A stretch of 64,000 nt of DNA from an uncultured Gammaproteobacteria bacterium (GCA_964536725.1 CAZHYJ010000006.1:482-64481), one strand, 5' to 3'. Numbered from the stretch's first letter, positions 1 to 10,497 are shown. Notes: generated from the letters alone by a model not told the origin. Numbers and translations: made by a program.

Positions 1-196
1 AAAGAAGGTAACCACCAGGCGCTCCACCGTCTTCAAGAGCGCCATTACCTCCCCAGTACTTTTGGTTGGTTGATCCGGGGTGAGACCAACCAACAGCTTC
101 CCCTCGTCGAAATAGTACGTCACCTTGATCTCATTCCACATGGAATGATTAGACGTATTCTTCAACGCTGGGAGCCAATCGATTGACTCCACCATC
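1..196 (-). CDS. hypothetical protein, N-terminal part only (gene runs off the window start)
   Basis: ATG at 194-196 on the minus strand preceded by GGAGG about 10 nt upstream. Open frame continues to position 1. Divergent from the 323+ gene. No recognisable motifs. Confidence 0.4.
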
Positions 197-253
197 CAAC
201 AAAACCTCCAAAAGTAACTAGATAAAATAGCACAATAAGCGAAATCTGTCAAG

Positions 254-282
254 TTGACAAAAGGCCAAAAATATGGTAATAT
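254..282 (+). promoter_or_regulatory. sigma70-type promoter (TTGACA-17-TAATAT, with TGg extension)
   Basis: TTGACA at 254-259, 17-nt spacer, TAATAT at 277-282. The ORF tracker's TTG 'start' at 254 is this -35 box. Confidence 0.6.
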
Positions 283-322
283 ATGTTCATTAAATAAAAC
301 TTTATTTTTAATATCCAAACAT

Positions 323-2446
323 ATGGGAGGAGAAGCTCATAAATTTAATCCTGCAACTAAAGAAGAGTTCGATTTTCCCAAAGATCTAACTTCAGAATTA
401 AACGGAGAGAACACGGAGGCTATCAGCAAAATGAGTGGTCATAGAAAAAAGCAACAAGAAGGTGCACAAGAAGAAAGCCCACTAACACTTAAAGCTGGTG
501 CGTTTAAGGCCGCTCAAACAGAGGCAGCTGGATATGGTTTGATGATCGGAGATGAAGCCAAGAAACACAAAAAACAGATTGCCGAAGCTGAGGCAAGATT
601 AAAAAAAACAGAGGAAGACATGGATCATGTCGCGACCAATGAGGCAGCTAAATATTATACTAACCAAGAAGCACTCCAAAAACTAATGGAACAACCAGAA
701 AAAAAACTAGGGGCAGCTGCTACTAAGAACCGTGAAGATTCTATTAAAAAATATAACAGTGTATTAAGAACAATTGAAAAGAGCTTTAGTGACGCTGGCC
801 TAGACATACAATCTTACCGAATAAAAGTTGAAAAACCATTAAAAGATGCACGCGAAAACGTAGCCCGTGCTGCTGAAGTCGAAACGGTACAAGAAGAACA
901 ACCAAATCGGAAAGAAGCTTTTAGCAAACTTGCTAAAATGATATCTAAAACAAACATTGGTGGCAGAGGCGCCGCTGGGGATATTGACTCAGTCATAGAC
1001 CAAATCGATAAATTAAAGAAAATCGATCCTTCAATGACTGGTGAACAAATTTATGATACCCTCAAACAATATCAAGCAAGCATGGTAGATGAACTAAGAG
1101 AGATTGATGCTGCAGCCGAAGAAGAAAACAAGAGTTTCTTTGGTAAAATAAAAGGTTGGTTTAGCAAAGATTCTGCCACTCAAAAAGCGGCCAAATTCAA
1201 TAATTATTACGATTCTTTTGCCAGCAAACTAGAAGCTGTCGCCGAAGCCGCCGGATTACACACACCAAGTGCTGAAGAAAAAACAAAAAGAAAATCTGGG
1301 TCTGAAGCTGCATTACGTTTAAGACACCATTCTGTCGGTGGTGCTGATATTGCCACTCTTGGCGCAGGAGGCACTGGTATTGGTGGGGTAGAATCTGCCA
1401 TGACAAGTCGCTCTAGTATTGCAATGGGAGAACGCGGTCCTTCAGATTCAAAAAAGCAAGAATCTATCAGTTGGTCTGAAGAAACAGAGTACGGCCGCAC
1501 ACAAAGAGAAACAATTCTAGCTTTAGCTGACGCTGTAATAAAAGGAGATACAGACAGCATCGCACAACAAGTAGCTAGATTTAAAGAACTTGATCCTTCT
1601 AAAAGAAATGAGGACATCTACAATTCGATCAAGAATTATAGGAGCGTATTGGTACGCACAAATGACGAAGCACAAACCCTTGCCAAAGACGAAACAACAA
1701 CTCGCCGCTGGTGGCAAGTGGGCAAAGGTCCAGCCGCCAAAGCATCGGACTTGTCTGCTGAGCGCCTTGCAGCTTTTGATAAAAATTTAGAAAATATTGC
1801 GACACTTACCGGTCTACACGAACCAGACGCTGATGAAAAAGCAAGAAGTGCGTCCAGAGCCAAAGCTCATTTGGGTGGTGTTCGAAACATGAGCAACAGA
1901 AATTACGGCAGTAGTGTTGGTGGAATTGGTACTGGTAGTGATATTGGAGATGCTCTAAGGAATGGTTCCGAACTTGTAAAAAGAAATTTTCCTAACAGCA
2001 ACGAAGGTGCCAGGTTTGCAACACCTGAAAACAAAGATACTGAAGTTACACAAAAAGCATTTAAAAAAATTATTGATGGAACTACTATCGATTCAGATCG
2101 TAAAAAAGTTTTACAAGATGAAGATGGTAGTCTAATAAAAGCTCTAGCTAAAAATGGTTATAAAGGAGAAGAGCAAATTCTAAGAGACACTATTACTGAA
2201 GTTTCCAGCTCAATAGAAGACGAGCTTATCGGACAAGGTTTTAAAGAAAAGAACGGAACACTTGTTTATAGCAAATGGTTTGGTCGCAGTGCGGCCGAAT
2301 CGAGTGATGACTACAAAATGTGGGTTGCTCTAAAAGATTTACAAAACGATGTGTTCTCGACTAAAGCAGCAAAACGTAGCGGATTCATAAAATCAGCCGT
2401 CGGCAATTCGGACCGAGAAGCACAAACAAATTCTCGAGTTGGATAA
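323..2446 (+). CDS. large K/E/A-rich hypothetical protein with internal repeated modules; no signal peptide
   Basis: First in-frame ATG after the promoter is at 323. An alternative start at 431 has a GGAGG 11 nt upstream. Internal duplications of the type 'F..Y..F..LE..A..GLH.P.A.EK...GG...GG.G.G' and 'K.LDPS...IY..IK.Y'. A hairpin plus T-run follows the stop. Confidence 0.6.
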   Translation: MGGEAHKFNPATKEEFDFPKDLTSELNGENTEAISKMSGHRKKQQEGAQEESPLTLKAGAFKAAQTEAAGYGLMIGDEAKKHKKQIAEAEARLKKTEEDMDHVATNEAAKYYTNQEALQKLMEQPEKKLGAAATKNREDSIKKYNSVLRTIEKSFSDAGLDIQSYRIKVEKPLKDARENVARAAEVETVQEEQPNRKEAFSKLAKMISKTNIGGRGAAGDIDSVIDQIDKLKKIDPSMTGEQIYDTLKQYQASMVDELREIDAAAEEENKSFFGKIKGWFSKDSATQKAAKFNNYYDSFASKLEAVAEAAGLHTPSAEEKTKRKSGSEAALRLRHHSVGGADIATLGAGGTGIGGVESAMTSRSSIAMGERGPSDSKKQESISWSEETEYGRTQRETILALADAVIKGDTDSIAQQVARFKELDPSKRNEDIYNSIKNYRSVLVRTNDEAQTLAKDETTTRRWWQVGKGPAAKASDLSAERLAAFDKNLENIATLTGLHEPDADEKARSASRAKAHLGGVRNMSNRNYGSSVGGIGTGSDIGDALRNGSELVKRNFPNSNEGARFATPENKDTEVTQKAFKKIIDGTTIDSDRKKVLQDEDGSLIKALAKNGYKGEEQILRDTITEVSSSIEDELIGQGFKEKNGTLVYSKWFGRSAAESSDDYKMWVALKDLQNDVFSTKAAKRSGFIKSAVGNSDREAQTNSRVG

Positions 2447-2456
2447 ACAAGTTTTT

Positions 2457-2494
2457 AAAAACTCCTTCACAATGTGAAGGAGTTTTTGTTTTGT
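2457..2494. terminator. bidirectional rho-independent terminator
   Basis: A-run, then stem ctccttcac/gtgaaggag with loop aat, then T-run. Lies between the convergent 323-2446 gene and thrS. Confidence 0.7.
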
Positions 2495-2495
2495 T

Positions 2496-4289
2496 CTAAC
2501 TCTTTTTTTCAGCAATTTCTTTTTTCACTTTTTCAACAAATTCTTCCTTGGACATTTTTAACTGCTCTTCTTGCCCACGCACCCGCACCATCAAAGGTTC
2601 GCCCGCAATCTCTTTGTCACCCACCACAACAATGTATGGCACTTTTTGTTTAGCTGCTTTGCGTACTTTGTTGCTGATTGATTCATCACCTTCGTCTAGT
2701 TCTACTCGCACACCAGCAGCAAGTAGTTCGTCCATAAGGGCTTTTGCCCCCTCAACATGATTCTCTGAAACTGTCACCAATGCTACCTGTACTGGACACA
2801 TCCATACTGGAAAAGAACCAGCGTGATGCTCGATTAAAACTGATAAGAACCGCTCAATTGAACCCATGATAGCGGCGTGTAGCATCACAATTCTTTCCTT
2901 CTCACCTTTCTCATTAATACAATCCAAATCAAATCGTTCAGGCAAATTACGGTCTACCTGGATAGTCGCTACTTGCCATTCGCGACCAAGCGAATCCACT
3001 GCCATAAAATCTACTTTCGGACCATACATGGCCGCCTCGCCTTTGGCTTCAAACACTTCTACTCCACGCTCTTTAGCAAGTTCGCGCAATTGATTTTCTG
3101 TTTGTTCCCAAATTTCTTTAGTGCCCAAATATTTTTCAAAATGCTCCGGATCATGCATCGACAATCTAACCTTCAAAGCGCCAAACCCACTAGCCTTGTA
3201 AAATATCTCGATAATATCCCAAATTTTAAACATCTCTTCTTTAACCTGCGACTCTCTCACAAATACATGCGCATCGTCTTGGGTGATACAACGCACACGC
3301 GAAAGACCAGACAATTCACCAGATTGCTCATCGCGATATACCATGGTAGTTTCCGCATAACGTTGCGGCAACTCACGATAGCTGCGCGGGACATGACAAT
3401 AGATCTGAGTGTGGTGCGGACAGTTCATTGGCTTCATTGCAAACTCATGCCCCTCGCGCGTAGTGATATGAAATAGCTCTTCAGAAAACTTGTCCCAATG
3501 GCCACTTTTTTCATACAAAGCCTTCTTGGTAATATGTGGGATGGTAACTCGAGTGTAACCTCTCTCTTTACGCAACTGCCAAACAAAATCGTCTAAAGTA
3601 TTACGCAATAATGTGCCCTTAGGGGTCCACAAGGCCAATCCTGGGCCTACTAGCTCAGAAAAGGTAAATAAGTCCAGCTCCACCCCCAACTTGCGGTGGT
3701 CGCGTTTTTTGGCCTCTTCTATCTGTTTTAAGTAGGCGTCCAGTTCTTTTTCAGTCTCAAAACAGATACCATAGATCCTTGAAAGCATCGGATTCTTTTC
3801 GCTCCCACGCCAATATGCACCAGCTAGCTTTGTTAATTTAAACGAACCCACTTTGGCACTTGACTCGACGTGTGGACCACGACAGAGATCGACAAAATTT
3901 CCGGTTTCGTACACGGAAACATTTTCTACATTAGCACCCACATCCTGTAATTCTTCGGCGTTCATTTTAGTAGTCCCCTTCTCTTTTAGATCCTCAAGTA
4001 ACGACACTTTAAAATCTTGTTTTTTTTCGGAAAAATATTTTATCGCCTCATCAATATTCATCTCTTTCCGAACAAACGGAATATTTTTGTTCTTCAATTT
4101 GATTGCCATCTTTTCAATTTCCTTTAGATCATTTTCTCCAAAATCACCTGGAAATTTTATGTCGTAATAGAAACCATTTTCGACGATTGGCCCCACACCA
4201 AACTTGGCTTCCGGATACAATTCCTGCACCGCAGCCGCGACCAAATGCGCACAACTATGACGCATTGTTTCTAATTTTTCATCTTTCAT
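2496..4289 (-). CDS. thrS: threonyl-tRNA synthetase; N-terminal TGS (N1) domain apparently absent
   Basis: Editing-domain motif RHSCAHL near the N-terminus. Class II core with HxxxH / zinc-site region (MNCPHHTQIY). C-terminal anticodon-binding domain. 597 aa. Confidence 0.93.
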   Translation of the reverse strand: MKDEKLETMRHSCAHLVAAAVQELYPEAKFGVGPIVENGFYYDIKFPGDFGENDLKEIEKMAIKLKNKNIPFVRKEMNIDEAIKYFSEKKQDFKVSLLEDLKEKGTTKMNAEELQDVGANVENVSVYETGNFVDLCRGPHVESSAKVGSFKLTKLAGAYWRGSEKNPMLSRIYGICFETEKELDAYLKQIEEAKKRDHRKLGVELDLFTFSELVGPGLALWTPKGTLLRNTLDDFVWQLRKERGYTRVTIPHITKKALYEKSGHWDKFSEELFHITTREGHEFAMKPMNCPHHTQIYCHVPRSYRELPQRYAETTMVYRDEQSGELSGLSRVRCITQDDAHVFVRESQVKEEMFKIWDIIEIFYKASGFGALKVRLSMHDPEHFEKYLGTKEIWEQTENQLRELAKERGVEVFEAKGEAAMYGPKVDFMAVDSLGREWQVATIQVDRNLPERFDLDCINEKGEKERIVMLHAAIMGSIERFLSVLIEHHAGSFPVWMCPVQVALVTVSENHVEGAKALMDELLAAGVRVELDEGDESISNKVRKAAKQKVPYIVVVGDKEIAGEPLMVRVRGQEEQLKMSKEEFVEKVKKEIAEKKS

Positions 4290-4545
4290 ACATTTAATAA
4301 ATTATATAATTGTACGTCTAATTTTTGATGTACAATTATTAAATAAAAAACCCGATATCTAAATTAGATACCGGGGTCCTTGAATGTTTTATTATCAATC
4401 CGCCTTCGCTAAAGCTTCGGCGCGACAAGGATGGTTCCACCCGATTTTTCTCGGACTAACCGAGAACACTCTTTTAAACAGCTTAGCCTCGACTGAGTCG
4501 AGATACCACGTTGGTAAAATGGTTGGTAGCCATTTCAATTGCTTG
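4290..4545 (-). promoter_or_regulatory. candidate T-box riboswitch leader (Thr specifier ACC) with intrinsic terminator
   Basis: Minus-strand reading shows a stem aaatgg/ccattt enclosing loop CUACCAA (ACC plus purine). The T-box-like sequence AAUCGGGUGGAACCAUCC has a UGGA bulge that can pair tRNA NCCA. A 10-bp terminator hairpin (plus 4351-4375) followed by U6 lies 55 nt upstream of the thrS ATG. Confidence 0.5.
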
Positions 4546-4552
4546 ATTGTAG

Positions 4553-4579
4553 CTTATATCAATCGCTTAGATCTGTCAA
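4553..4579 (-). promoter_or_regulatory. putative promoter of the thrS leader (TTGACA-15-TATAAG)
   Basis: Reverse complement of 4574-4579 is TTGACA; reverse complement of 4553-4558 is TATAAG. The spacing is short. Confidence 0.35.
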
Positions 4580-4580
4580 A

Positions 4581-5723
4581 TTATTTTACACTCTTCACAA
4601 TCACTTTAATATGATTCGGCACTGTCGGTGCTTTTCTGATCCAGGAAGGCGAAAACTTTACATCTACTCCAGCAACATGGTCGATACCCAGAACATAGCG
4701 CTCAATTTCGTTCTTACTCTTACCAGCAAAACTACGCGGCAAAAGGGTCGAAGCGTCTGGATCAAGTGACACCAAGGCCTCTTGTCTAATCAATAACTCA
4801 GCCGTAGCACCGTTTAAATCATAACTTGCAATCGATGGCACAGGATCACCGCTAACAGACAAAACCTTCTCCGAGCCAATATTAATTTTCTTTGACATTT
4901 CACCGCTTACCAAATTTGTCAGCGCTAAACGATCATATCCAATCACCACCAACACACTATCACCGCTTACCGTAAAACCATCGATTTCCGCGCCCACCTC
5001 TTTATCAACCTTAATATTTTGTGATGTCACTACCGCTATTTTCCCCATCCCTTCCCACCCACCACTGTTTAAAGATTCAAGTGCTACTTTTTTTACTTTT
5101 TCCAAATAATCGGCTTTGGCACCAACTACATCACTTTCTAATAATATACCCACCGTACGCACACCACCAACCATTTTACTTTTACTCTCAGCATAAACCA
5201 CTCTTTGACGATCAGCATTTAAACCTGGAATAACAAATTGGCTTGGACCAATCTCACTCTCCGACCCTTCCTTATCAGCATATACTTTGGCAACAACTTC
5301 CCCGTTCGCCGGTACATTTACTCGATCAGAAAGACGAAACAAAACACCGTTTGAGTTTAACAAACGAGTAGTTTTAACAAGTGCCTGATCGGTGTTGCTT
5401 TTGTTGTAAATAACAACATCCCCTTCTGCTACACCTACCATTTTTTTTGAACCGGAAGGATAATATTTTTCTGATAAAGCAAAAATAGTTGTTGTCACCA
5501 ATCCTTTTATCTTTTCACCTCCGCCAAGAGCAGACACACCAACGTTCAGATTGATACTCTTGCTATCCTCTTTGGAAATAATAGTAACAGTCGCTTTTTT
5601 TGAAGTGATGAAAATAACCACCCCCAACAAAGCAACGGTGAGAATTAAAAAAGTAAATGCAATCGTACGGTAAAAACGTACTGATGGCTCTGGTAAACTT
5701 GTTTCAGTGTGGCGCACAATCAT
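4581..5723 (-). CDS. hypothetical membrane-anchored protein (N-terminal TM, beta-rich extracytoplasmic domain) co-transcribed with pilB
   Basis: Hydrophobic segment IAFTFLILTVALLGVVIFI. Starts 31 nt downstream of the pilB stop. No recognised family. Confidence 0.55.
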   Translation of the reverse strand: MIVRHTETSLPEPSVRFYRTIAFTFLILTVALLGVVIFITSKKATVTIISKEDSKSINLNVGVSALGGGEKIKGLVTTTIFALSEKYYPSGSKKMVGVAEGDVVIYNKSNTDQALVKTTRLLNSNGVLFRLSDRVNVPANGEVVAKVYADKEGSESEIGPSQFVIPGLNADRQRVVYAESKSKMVGGVRTVGILLESDVVGAKADYLEKVKKVALESLNSGGWEGMGKIAVVTSQNIKVDKEVGAEIDGFTVSGDSVLVVIGYDRLALTNLVSGEMSKKINIGSEKVLSVSGDPVPSIASYDLNGATAELLIRQEALVSLDPDASTLLPRSFAGKSKNEIERYVLGIDHVAGVDVKFSPSWIRKAPTVPNHIKVIVKSVK

Positions 5724-5754
5724 ATCAAATATTTAAAAGTATATATTTTGAAAA

Positions 5755-7479
5755 TTATTCTGTCACACGCAAAATTTCATCCACGGTAGTGATTTTGTCC
5801 AATGCCTTCAATAAACCGTCTTGCACCATAGTTACCATTCCGTTCTTTACCGCTAATTCTTGAATCGTATATTCTGAAACCTGCGCGCTCAAAATGACCG
5901 CCTCAATTTCTTTGCTCATAGTAAATATTTCATAGATACCAATACGTCCTTTATAGCCCAAACCACTACATTCTCTACAGCCTTTACCATGATAAAAATG
6001 TAAATTATTCAAATCAATATTCTGTTTTTCCGCCGGCGGTAATTCGGTTAGTATTTTTGTTACCCGCTCTTTTTTCTCTGCGTCCAATTCTATCTCCTCA
6101 ATACACTTCGGACAGATACGACGTACGAGACGTTGGCCAATAACTGCATTTAATGCTGGTGCCAATAAAAATGGTTTAACACCCATTGATAAAAACCTCG
6201 GAATTGCACCAGCTGCACCATTGGTATGGATGGTAGATAACATTAAGTGACCAGTCAAAGCCGCCTGAATGGCAATCTCAGCGGATTCCAAATCACGAAT
6301 TTCTCCAACCATACAAATATCCGGATCTTGACGCAAAATACTGCGCAAACCCTTGGCAAAAGTGTAGTCGCGGGTTGTGTCAACTTGACTCTGGTTAATT
6401 CCCTCCATTTTAATTTCTACCGGATCTTCCAATGTAATAATCTTCACTCCCGGCTTGTTTAAAGTACGTAAAATACCATACAAAGTAGTGGTTTTACCCG
6501 AGCCAGTCGGACCAGTAGTGATAATCATACCGTTCGGTCGTTCTACCTCTCGTTTCAAACGCTCATAGGCTTCACCACGCAAACCTAAATCGTCAAAAGT
6601 GACCCCTTTGCTTCCACTATGCAAAATACGCATTACCACACTCTCACCATATGTGGTGGGCAACGTTGAAACACGTACATCCAAGTTGCCTGATTCAAGA
6701 TGCAAAGTAACACGCCCGTCTTGCGGACGATCGTTAATGTTAATTTTCAACGCGGCCAACAATTTAATGCGTGAAACAAAACGCTTCCAATCTTCTTTTG
6801 GCAATGTCGCCACATCATGCAAAATACCGTCAATACGATAGCGCACCGCCACCCCTTTATCCTCCGCTTCCACATGAATATCCGAAGAATTAATTTTTAA
6901 AGCGGCTGCGACAAGCAATGTTAAAATATTAGTGATTGAAACATTTTTAAACTGCTCTTGAAGTGTTTGTAAATTATCAATTTCCGAACCAAATTTATTT
7001 AAATCTTCATCAGTAATGTTAATGTCTTTGCTTATCGGCTTCACTACCGGCAAATTAGCATACAACTTAAAAACTTTTTCTAAACTATGCTCTGAAATTA
7101 AATACGGGATAATTTTAGCATGGTGACGTTCGCCTAATTGATAAATAAAATCATCGTCTGCCGCAATCGGCTCCACCCCCGCCACTCTAATTTCTTCTGG
7201 AGTGTAATAAAAACAAATGATTTTTTTCTCCCGTGCTAAGGTTTCCGGGATAACTTTCAGAGCCTCAGCCGTAACTGGAAAAGCATTCAGATCAATATAT
7301 GGAATATTTACCACCTTTGCCTGCGCTTCAGCTTTATCTTCCAGTTCTTTTATCTTAATCTCGTCCATTTTATGAGAAAACTTAAACTGCGCCGAATTCA
7401 AATCAGCCGGCACGCTCTTACTCTTGGTAGGTGCTGGTTTTTTAATCAAGTCGTTAATTGATGGAAATCCGGAAGGCAT
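5755..7479 (-). CDS. pilB: type IV pilus assembly / type II secretion ATPase (PilB/GspE family)
   Basis: Walker A GPTGSGKTTT. Tetracysteine motif CPKC...CREC. GspE N-terminal domain. Start moved to the internal M (MPSGFPS...) to avoid an 88-nt overlap with the upstream gene. Confidence 0.9.
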   Translation of the reverse strand: MPSGFPSINDLIKKPAPTKSKSVPADLNSAQFKFSHKMDEIKIKELEDKAEAQAKVVNIPYIDLNAFPVTAEALKVIPETLAREKKIICFYYTPEEIRVAGVEPIAADDDFIYQLGERHHAKIIPYLISEHSLEKVFKLYANLPVVKPISKDINITDEDLNKFGSEIDNLQTLQEQFKNVSITNILTLLVAAALKINSSDIHVEAEDKGVAVRYRIDGILHDVATLPKEDWKRFVSRIKLLAALKININDRPQDGRVTLHLESGNLDVRVSTLPTTYGESVVMRILHSGSKGVTFDDLGLRGEAYERLKREVERPNGMIITTGPTGSGKTTTLYGILRTLNKPGVKIITLEDPVEIKMEGINQSQVDTTRDYTFAKGLRSILRQDPDICMVGEIRDLESAEIAIQAALTGHLMLSTIHTNGAAGAIPRFLSMGVKPFLLAPALNAVIGQRLVRRICPKCIEEIELDAEKKERVTKILTELPPAEKQNIDLNNLHFYHGKGCRECSGLGYKGRIGIYEIFTMSKEIEAVILSAQVSEYTIQELAVKNGMVTMVQDGLLKALDKITTVDEILRVTE

Positions 7480-7481
7480 AA

Positions 7482-8471
7482 CTATTTTATATTTAACCAA
7501 TTTTTCAAGTGATGCGCAATACGACTGGCGATGCCTTCGTGGTGCATTTTCATAAACAAATATACCCAAGCAGAAGTCGTAAAGGCGCTAAACAAACCAC
7601 CAGCAAGCATACCAATAATAATAAACAAGGTGGTGGCTAAAATCAAGCCAATACTGACCAAAATATACCAACCACTAAAACCAGCCGCCAACCACATCGC
7701 TAACACTGGAATTAACACCGCCACTGAACTAACCGCCAAAACTGCAAACAGACCCAACGAAAGGACGACTAACAAAATACCTAGTTCAAGCGATACAACA
7801 ACATGCCGGCGGAACATTGCCCAACCCTGCTTAAAAGCCCGACCGAACCATACTCTTTCTAAAACAGCGTAACACGAGGCATAGATTGACACCGTCTCTA
7901 AAACAAGGATGAGTGCCAACGCAACCAAAAATGCTATTACAGCTAAAATGTTATAAATCCTGGAATTAATTACCAACGCCGCAATTAAAAAATTGGCAAA
8001 GCCTAATATTACCACTGTTTGTAAAAGTTTGTTCACCACCACCAAAGACAACATAGTCCAAAAACTTTTTACACCATCGTGCCAAGCTTTGCTAACTGGT
8101 AGACGTTTGCGGTCATAATACCATTCTGCTGCAACCGCAATCAAAGCGCCGCGCGATACTACAGAAATAAAAACCACCGCCGCGACAAAAATTGCTACTA
8201 GAATAAAAAACCACAGACTTAAAAAAGTAGCGGTAATACTATCGAAGTTTAGAGACGACAACATATTCACAGCCGTACCCAAACTAGGCGGCATTGAAAA
8301 ACCTTCCTCCACAAACAAGTTCATCTGACTGATGAAATCACCCAAACCCCACTGACCTAAAACCATGGAACAGAGACCCAACAACCACAATAATTTATTG
8401 TGCCAAACTAACTGCCAAGAATGAAGAAGTGCCTGACGATATGTTGGTTCGCGCATATTAATAAGTTGCAA
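7482..8471 (-). CDS. polytopic integral membrane protein, unknown function
   Basis: At least 7 predicted TM helices. Immediately upstream of pilB on the same strand. Confidence 0.55.
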   Translation of the reverse strand: MQLINMREPTYRQALLHSWQLVWHNKLLWLLGLCSMVLGQWGLGDFISQMNLFVEEGFSMPPSLGTAVNMLSSLNFDSITATFLSLWFFILVAIFVAAVVFISVVSRGALIAVAAEWYYDRKRLPVSKAWHDGVKSFWTMLSLVVVNKLLQTVVILGFANFLIAALVINSRIYNILAVIAFLVALALILVLETVSIYASCYAVLERVWFGRAFKQGWAMFRRHVVVSLELGILLVVLSLGLFAVLAVSSVAVLIPVLAMWLAAGFSGWYILVSIGLILATTLFIIIGMLAGGLFSAFTTSAWVYLFMKMHHEGIASRIAHHLKNWLNIK

Positions 8472-8532
8472 AAAATTTGGAAATTAATCCTGTTGAATTT
8501 AGTATACCATAAAATCAAATTTTTGCATAACA

Positions 8533-8555
8533 AAATCCCCCAGTTATGGGGGATT
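8533..8555. terminator. hairpin terminator downstream of ftsH
   Basis: Stem aatccccca/tgggggatt. Confidence 0.45.
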
Positions 8556-8567
8556 CGTAAAATTTCT

Positions 8568-10421
8568 CTAAACTTTCTTTTTCGCTTCTGGTCTCTCGCC
8601 CAAAATTTCTTTGATTTCATCCTGTTCAATGGTTTCTTTGACCATTAAAACCTCCACCATCTTGTCCATCTTATCGCGATTTTTCAAAAGAACTTCTTCG
8701 GCTTGTTTTCTGGCTTCCTCAATCAGTTTACTCACCTCTTGATCAATAGTTTCCGCTGTCTTATCACTGTAATCAACCTGCTCGTGAATCTCACGACCTA
8801 GGAAAACCATCTCTTCACGCTCACCAAAAGTACGCGCACCCAACTTTTCGCTCATACCATAACGCATTACCATATCACGAGCAACACGTGTGGCATTACG
8901 TAAATCTGATGATGGACCAGTAGAAATCTGATCATCACCATAGATCATTTTTTCAGCCACATAACCACCCATCATCATCGCCAACTCGTCTTTAAACTGA
9001 GAAAAAGTATGATAATGTTTGTCCTCACTCGGCATTTTCAAAGTATATCCACCGGCTGAACCACGAGAAATAATCGAAACTTTGCGCACCGGATCACTTC
9101 CTGGCAAAGCATGTCCGACCACAGCGTGACCCGCTTCGTGATAGGCGGTCATCTTCTTTTCTTGATCGCTAATCACTCGGCTTTTTCTTTCTGGGCCAAG
9201 TAAAACTTTTTCAATACTTTCCAACACTTCAACCTCATCCACAATTTTCTTACCACGACGCACTGCCAAAATCGCCGCTTCATTCAAAAGATTCGCCAAG
9301 TCTGCGCCCGAAAAACCAGGAGTGCGTTCCGCTAATTTTCGTAGTGAAACTTCTTGTGATAATGGTTTGCCTTTAGCATGAATTACCAAAATTTCTTCAC
9401 GGTCTTTAATGTCTGGCAAATCAATCAATACACGACGATCAAAACGTCCGGGACGAAGCAATGCTGGATCCAACACATCTGGGCGATTGGTAGCTGCCAT
9501 CACTATTACCCCCAAATTAGGCTCAAAACCGTCCATCTCTACCAATATTTGATTTAATGTCTGCTCGCGCTCATCATGCCCACCACCTAAACCAGTACCG
9601 CGACGACGACCGACAGCATCAATTTCATCGATAAATACAATGGCTGGAGCGGCTTTTTTTGCTTTGGTAAATAAATCACGCACCCGTGATGCACCGACGC
9701 CCACAAACATTTCCACAAACTCTGAACCACTCATGTGAAAAAACGGTACACCGGCTTCACCCGCTACCGCTTTGGCTAACAAAGTTTTACCTGTACCAGG
9801 TGAACCAGTGAGCAAAACACCTTTTGGAATCTTTGCACCCATGTCAGCAAATTTTTTCGGATCTTTTAGAAAATCTACAATTTCTTCCAACTCTTCTTTG
9901 GCCTCACGCGCGCCAGCCACATCTGCAAAAGTTTTTTTGTCTTTCGCGTCCGGCCCAACTTGGCGCGGATTACTCTGACCAAACCCCATCGCCTTGTTGT
10001 TTGCACCCTGCACACCCCGAGTCATGAAATACAAAAAGATGACGATGATGATGAGCGGGATTAGAGCCGGTAACAAATTCGCCGCCCAAAACTTTAATGA
10101 ACTCTGGTCTTTAATCTCTACTGCAAAACCTTTTCTCGCCTCATCCGTCACCCCATAATTTTTTATCACATTACCAAATGATTCGCCTGGTTCCTTTTTG
10201 ACTACCTGCTGTTTGGCATTGGCATCTTTCATCTCTACTGTTAAGACATCACCCTCTACCACCACCTTCTTTACCAAGCCAGCATTGATTTCTTCTACTA
10301 ATTTACCAATATCAACTTGGTCTGGTTTGGCTGCACCTTGACCTCGAGTCATACTCAAAACCCCGGCCACTAACAGTAAAACCAGGAAAACTGCGACAAA
10401 ATTCTTGAAAAAACTACGCAT
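8568..10421 (-). CDS. ftsH: ATP-dependent zinc metalloprotease FtsH
   Basis: N-terminal TM, AAA+ Walker [12 protein letters not shown] region, zinc motif HEAGHAV. Confidence 0.95.
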   Translation of the reverse strand: MRSFFKNFVAVFLVLLLVAGVLSMTRGQGAAKPDQVDIGKLVEEINAGLVKKVVVEGDVLTVEMKDANAKQQVVKKEPGESFGNVIKNYGVTDEARKGFAVEIKDQSSLKFWAANLLPALIPLIIIVIFLYFMTRGVQGANNKAMGFGQSNPRQVGPDAKDKKTFADVAGAREAKEELEEIVDFLKDPKKFADMGAKIPKGVLLTGSPGTGKTLLAKAVAGEAGVPFFHMSGSEFVEMFVGVGASRVRDLFTKAKKAAPAIVFIDEIDAVGRRRGTGLGGGHDEREQTLNQILVEMDGFEPNLGVIVMAATNRPDVLDPALLRPGRFDRRVLIDLPDIKDREEILVIHAKGKPLSQEVSLRKLAERTPGFSGADLANLLNEAAILAVRRGKKIVDEVEVLESIEKVLLGPERKSRVISDQEKKMTAYHEAGHAVVGHALPGSDPVRKVSIISRGSAGGYTLKMPSEDKHYHTFSQFKDELAMMMGGYVAEKMIYGDDQISTGPSSDLRNATRVARDMVMRYGMSEKLGARTFGEREEMVFLGREIHEQVDYSDKTAETIDQEVSKLIEEARKQAEEVLLKNRDKMDKMVEVLMVKETIEQDEIKEILGERPEAKKKV

Positions 10422-10497
10422 AAAAATTCGTTAATAATTTACAATATAGGTAATTTACAGGAAAACAGGACAAAAATCAAGGTGGTAAGCAGATTTA

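Noticed and set aside
254-322. ORF-track start of the 730-aa ORF at 254 (TTG)
   Set aside because: The TTG is the TTGACA -35 hexamer of a consensus promoter. The first real in-frame ATGs are at 323 and 431.
4384-4769. Two 76-aa plus-strand ORFs in the thrS upstream region
   Set aside because: They lie antisense to the T-box leader and the 3' end of the 4581-5723 gene. No RBS. The region is better explained as RNA leader.
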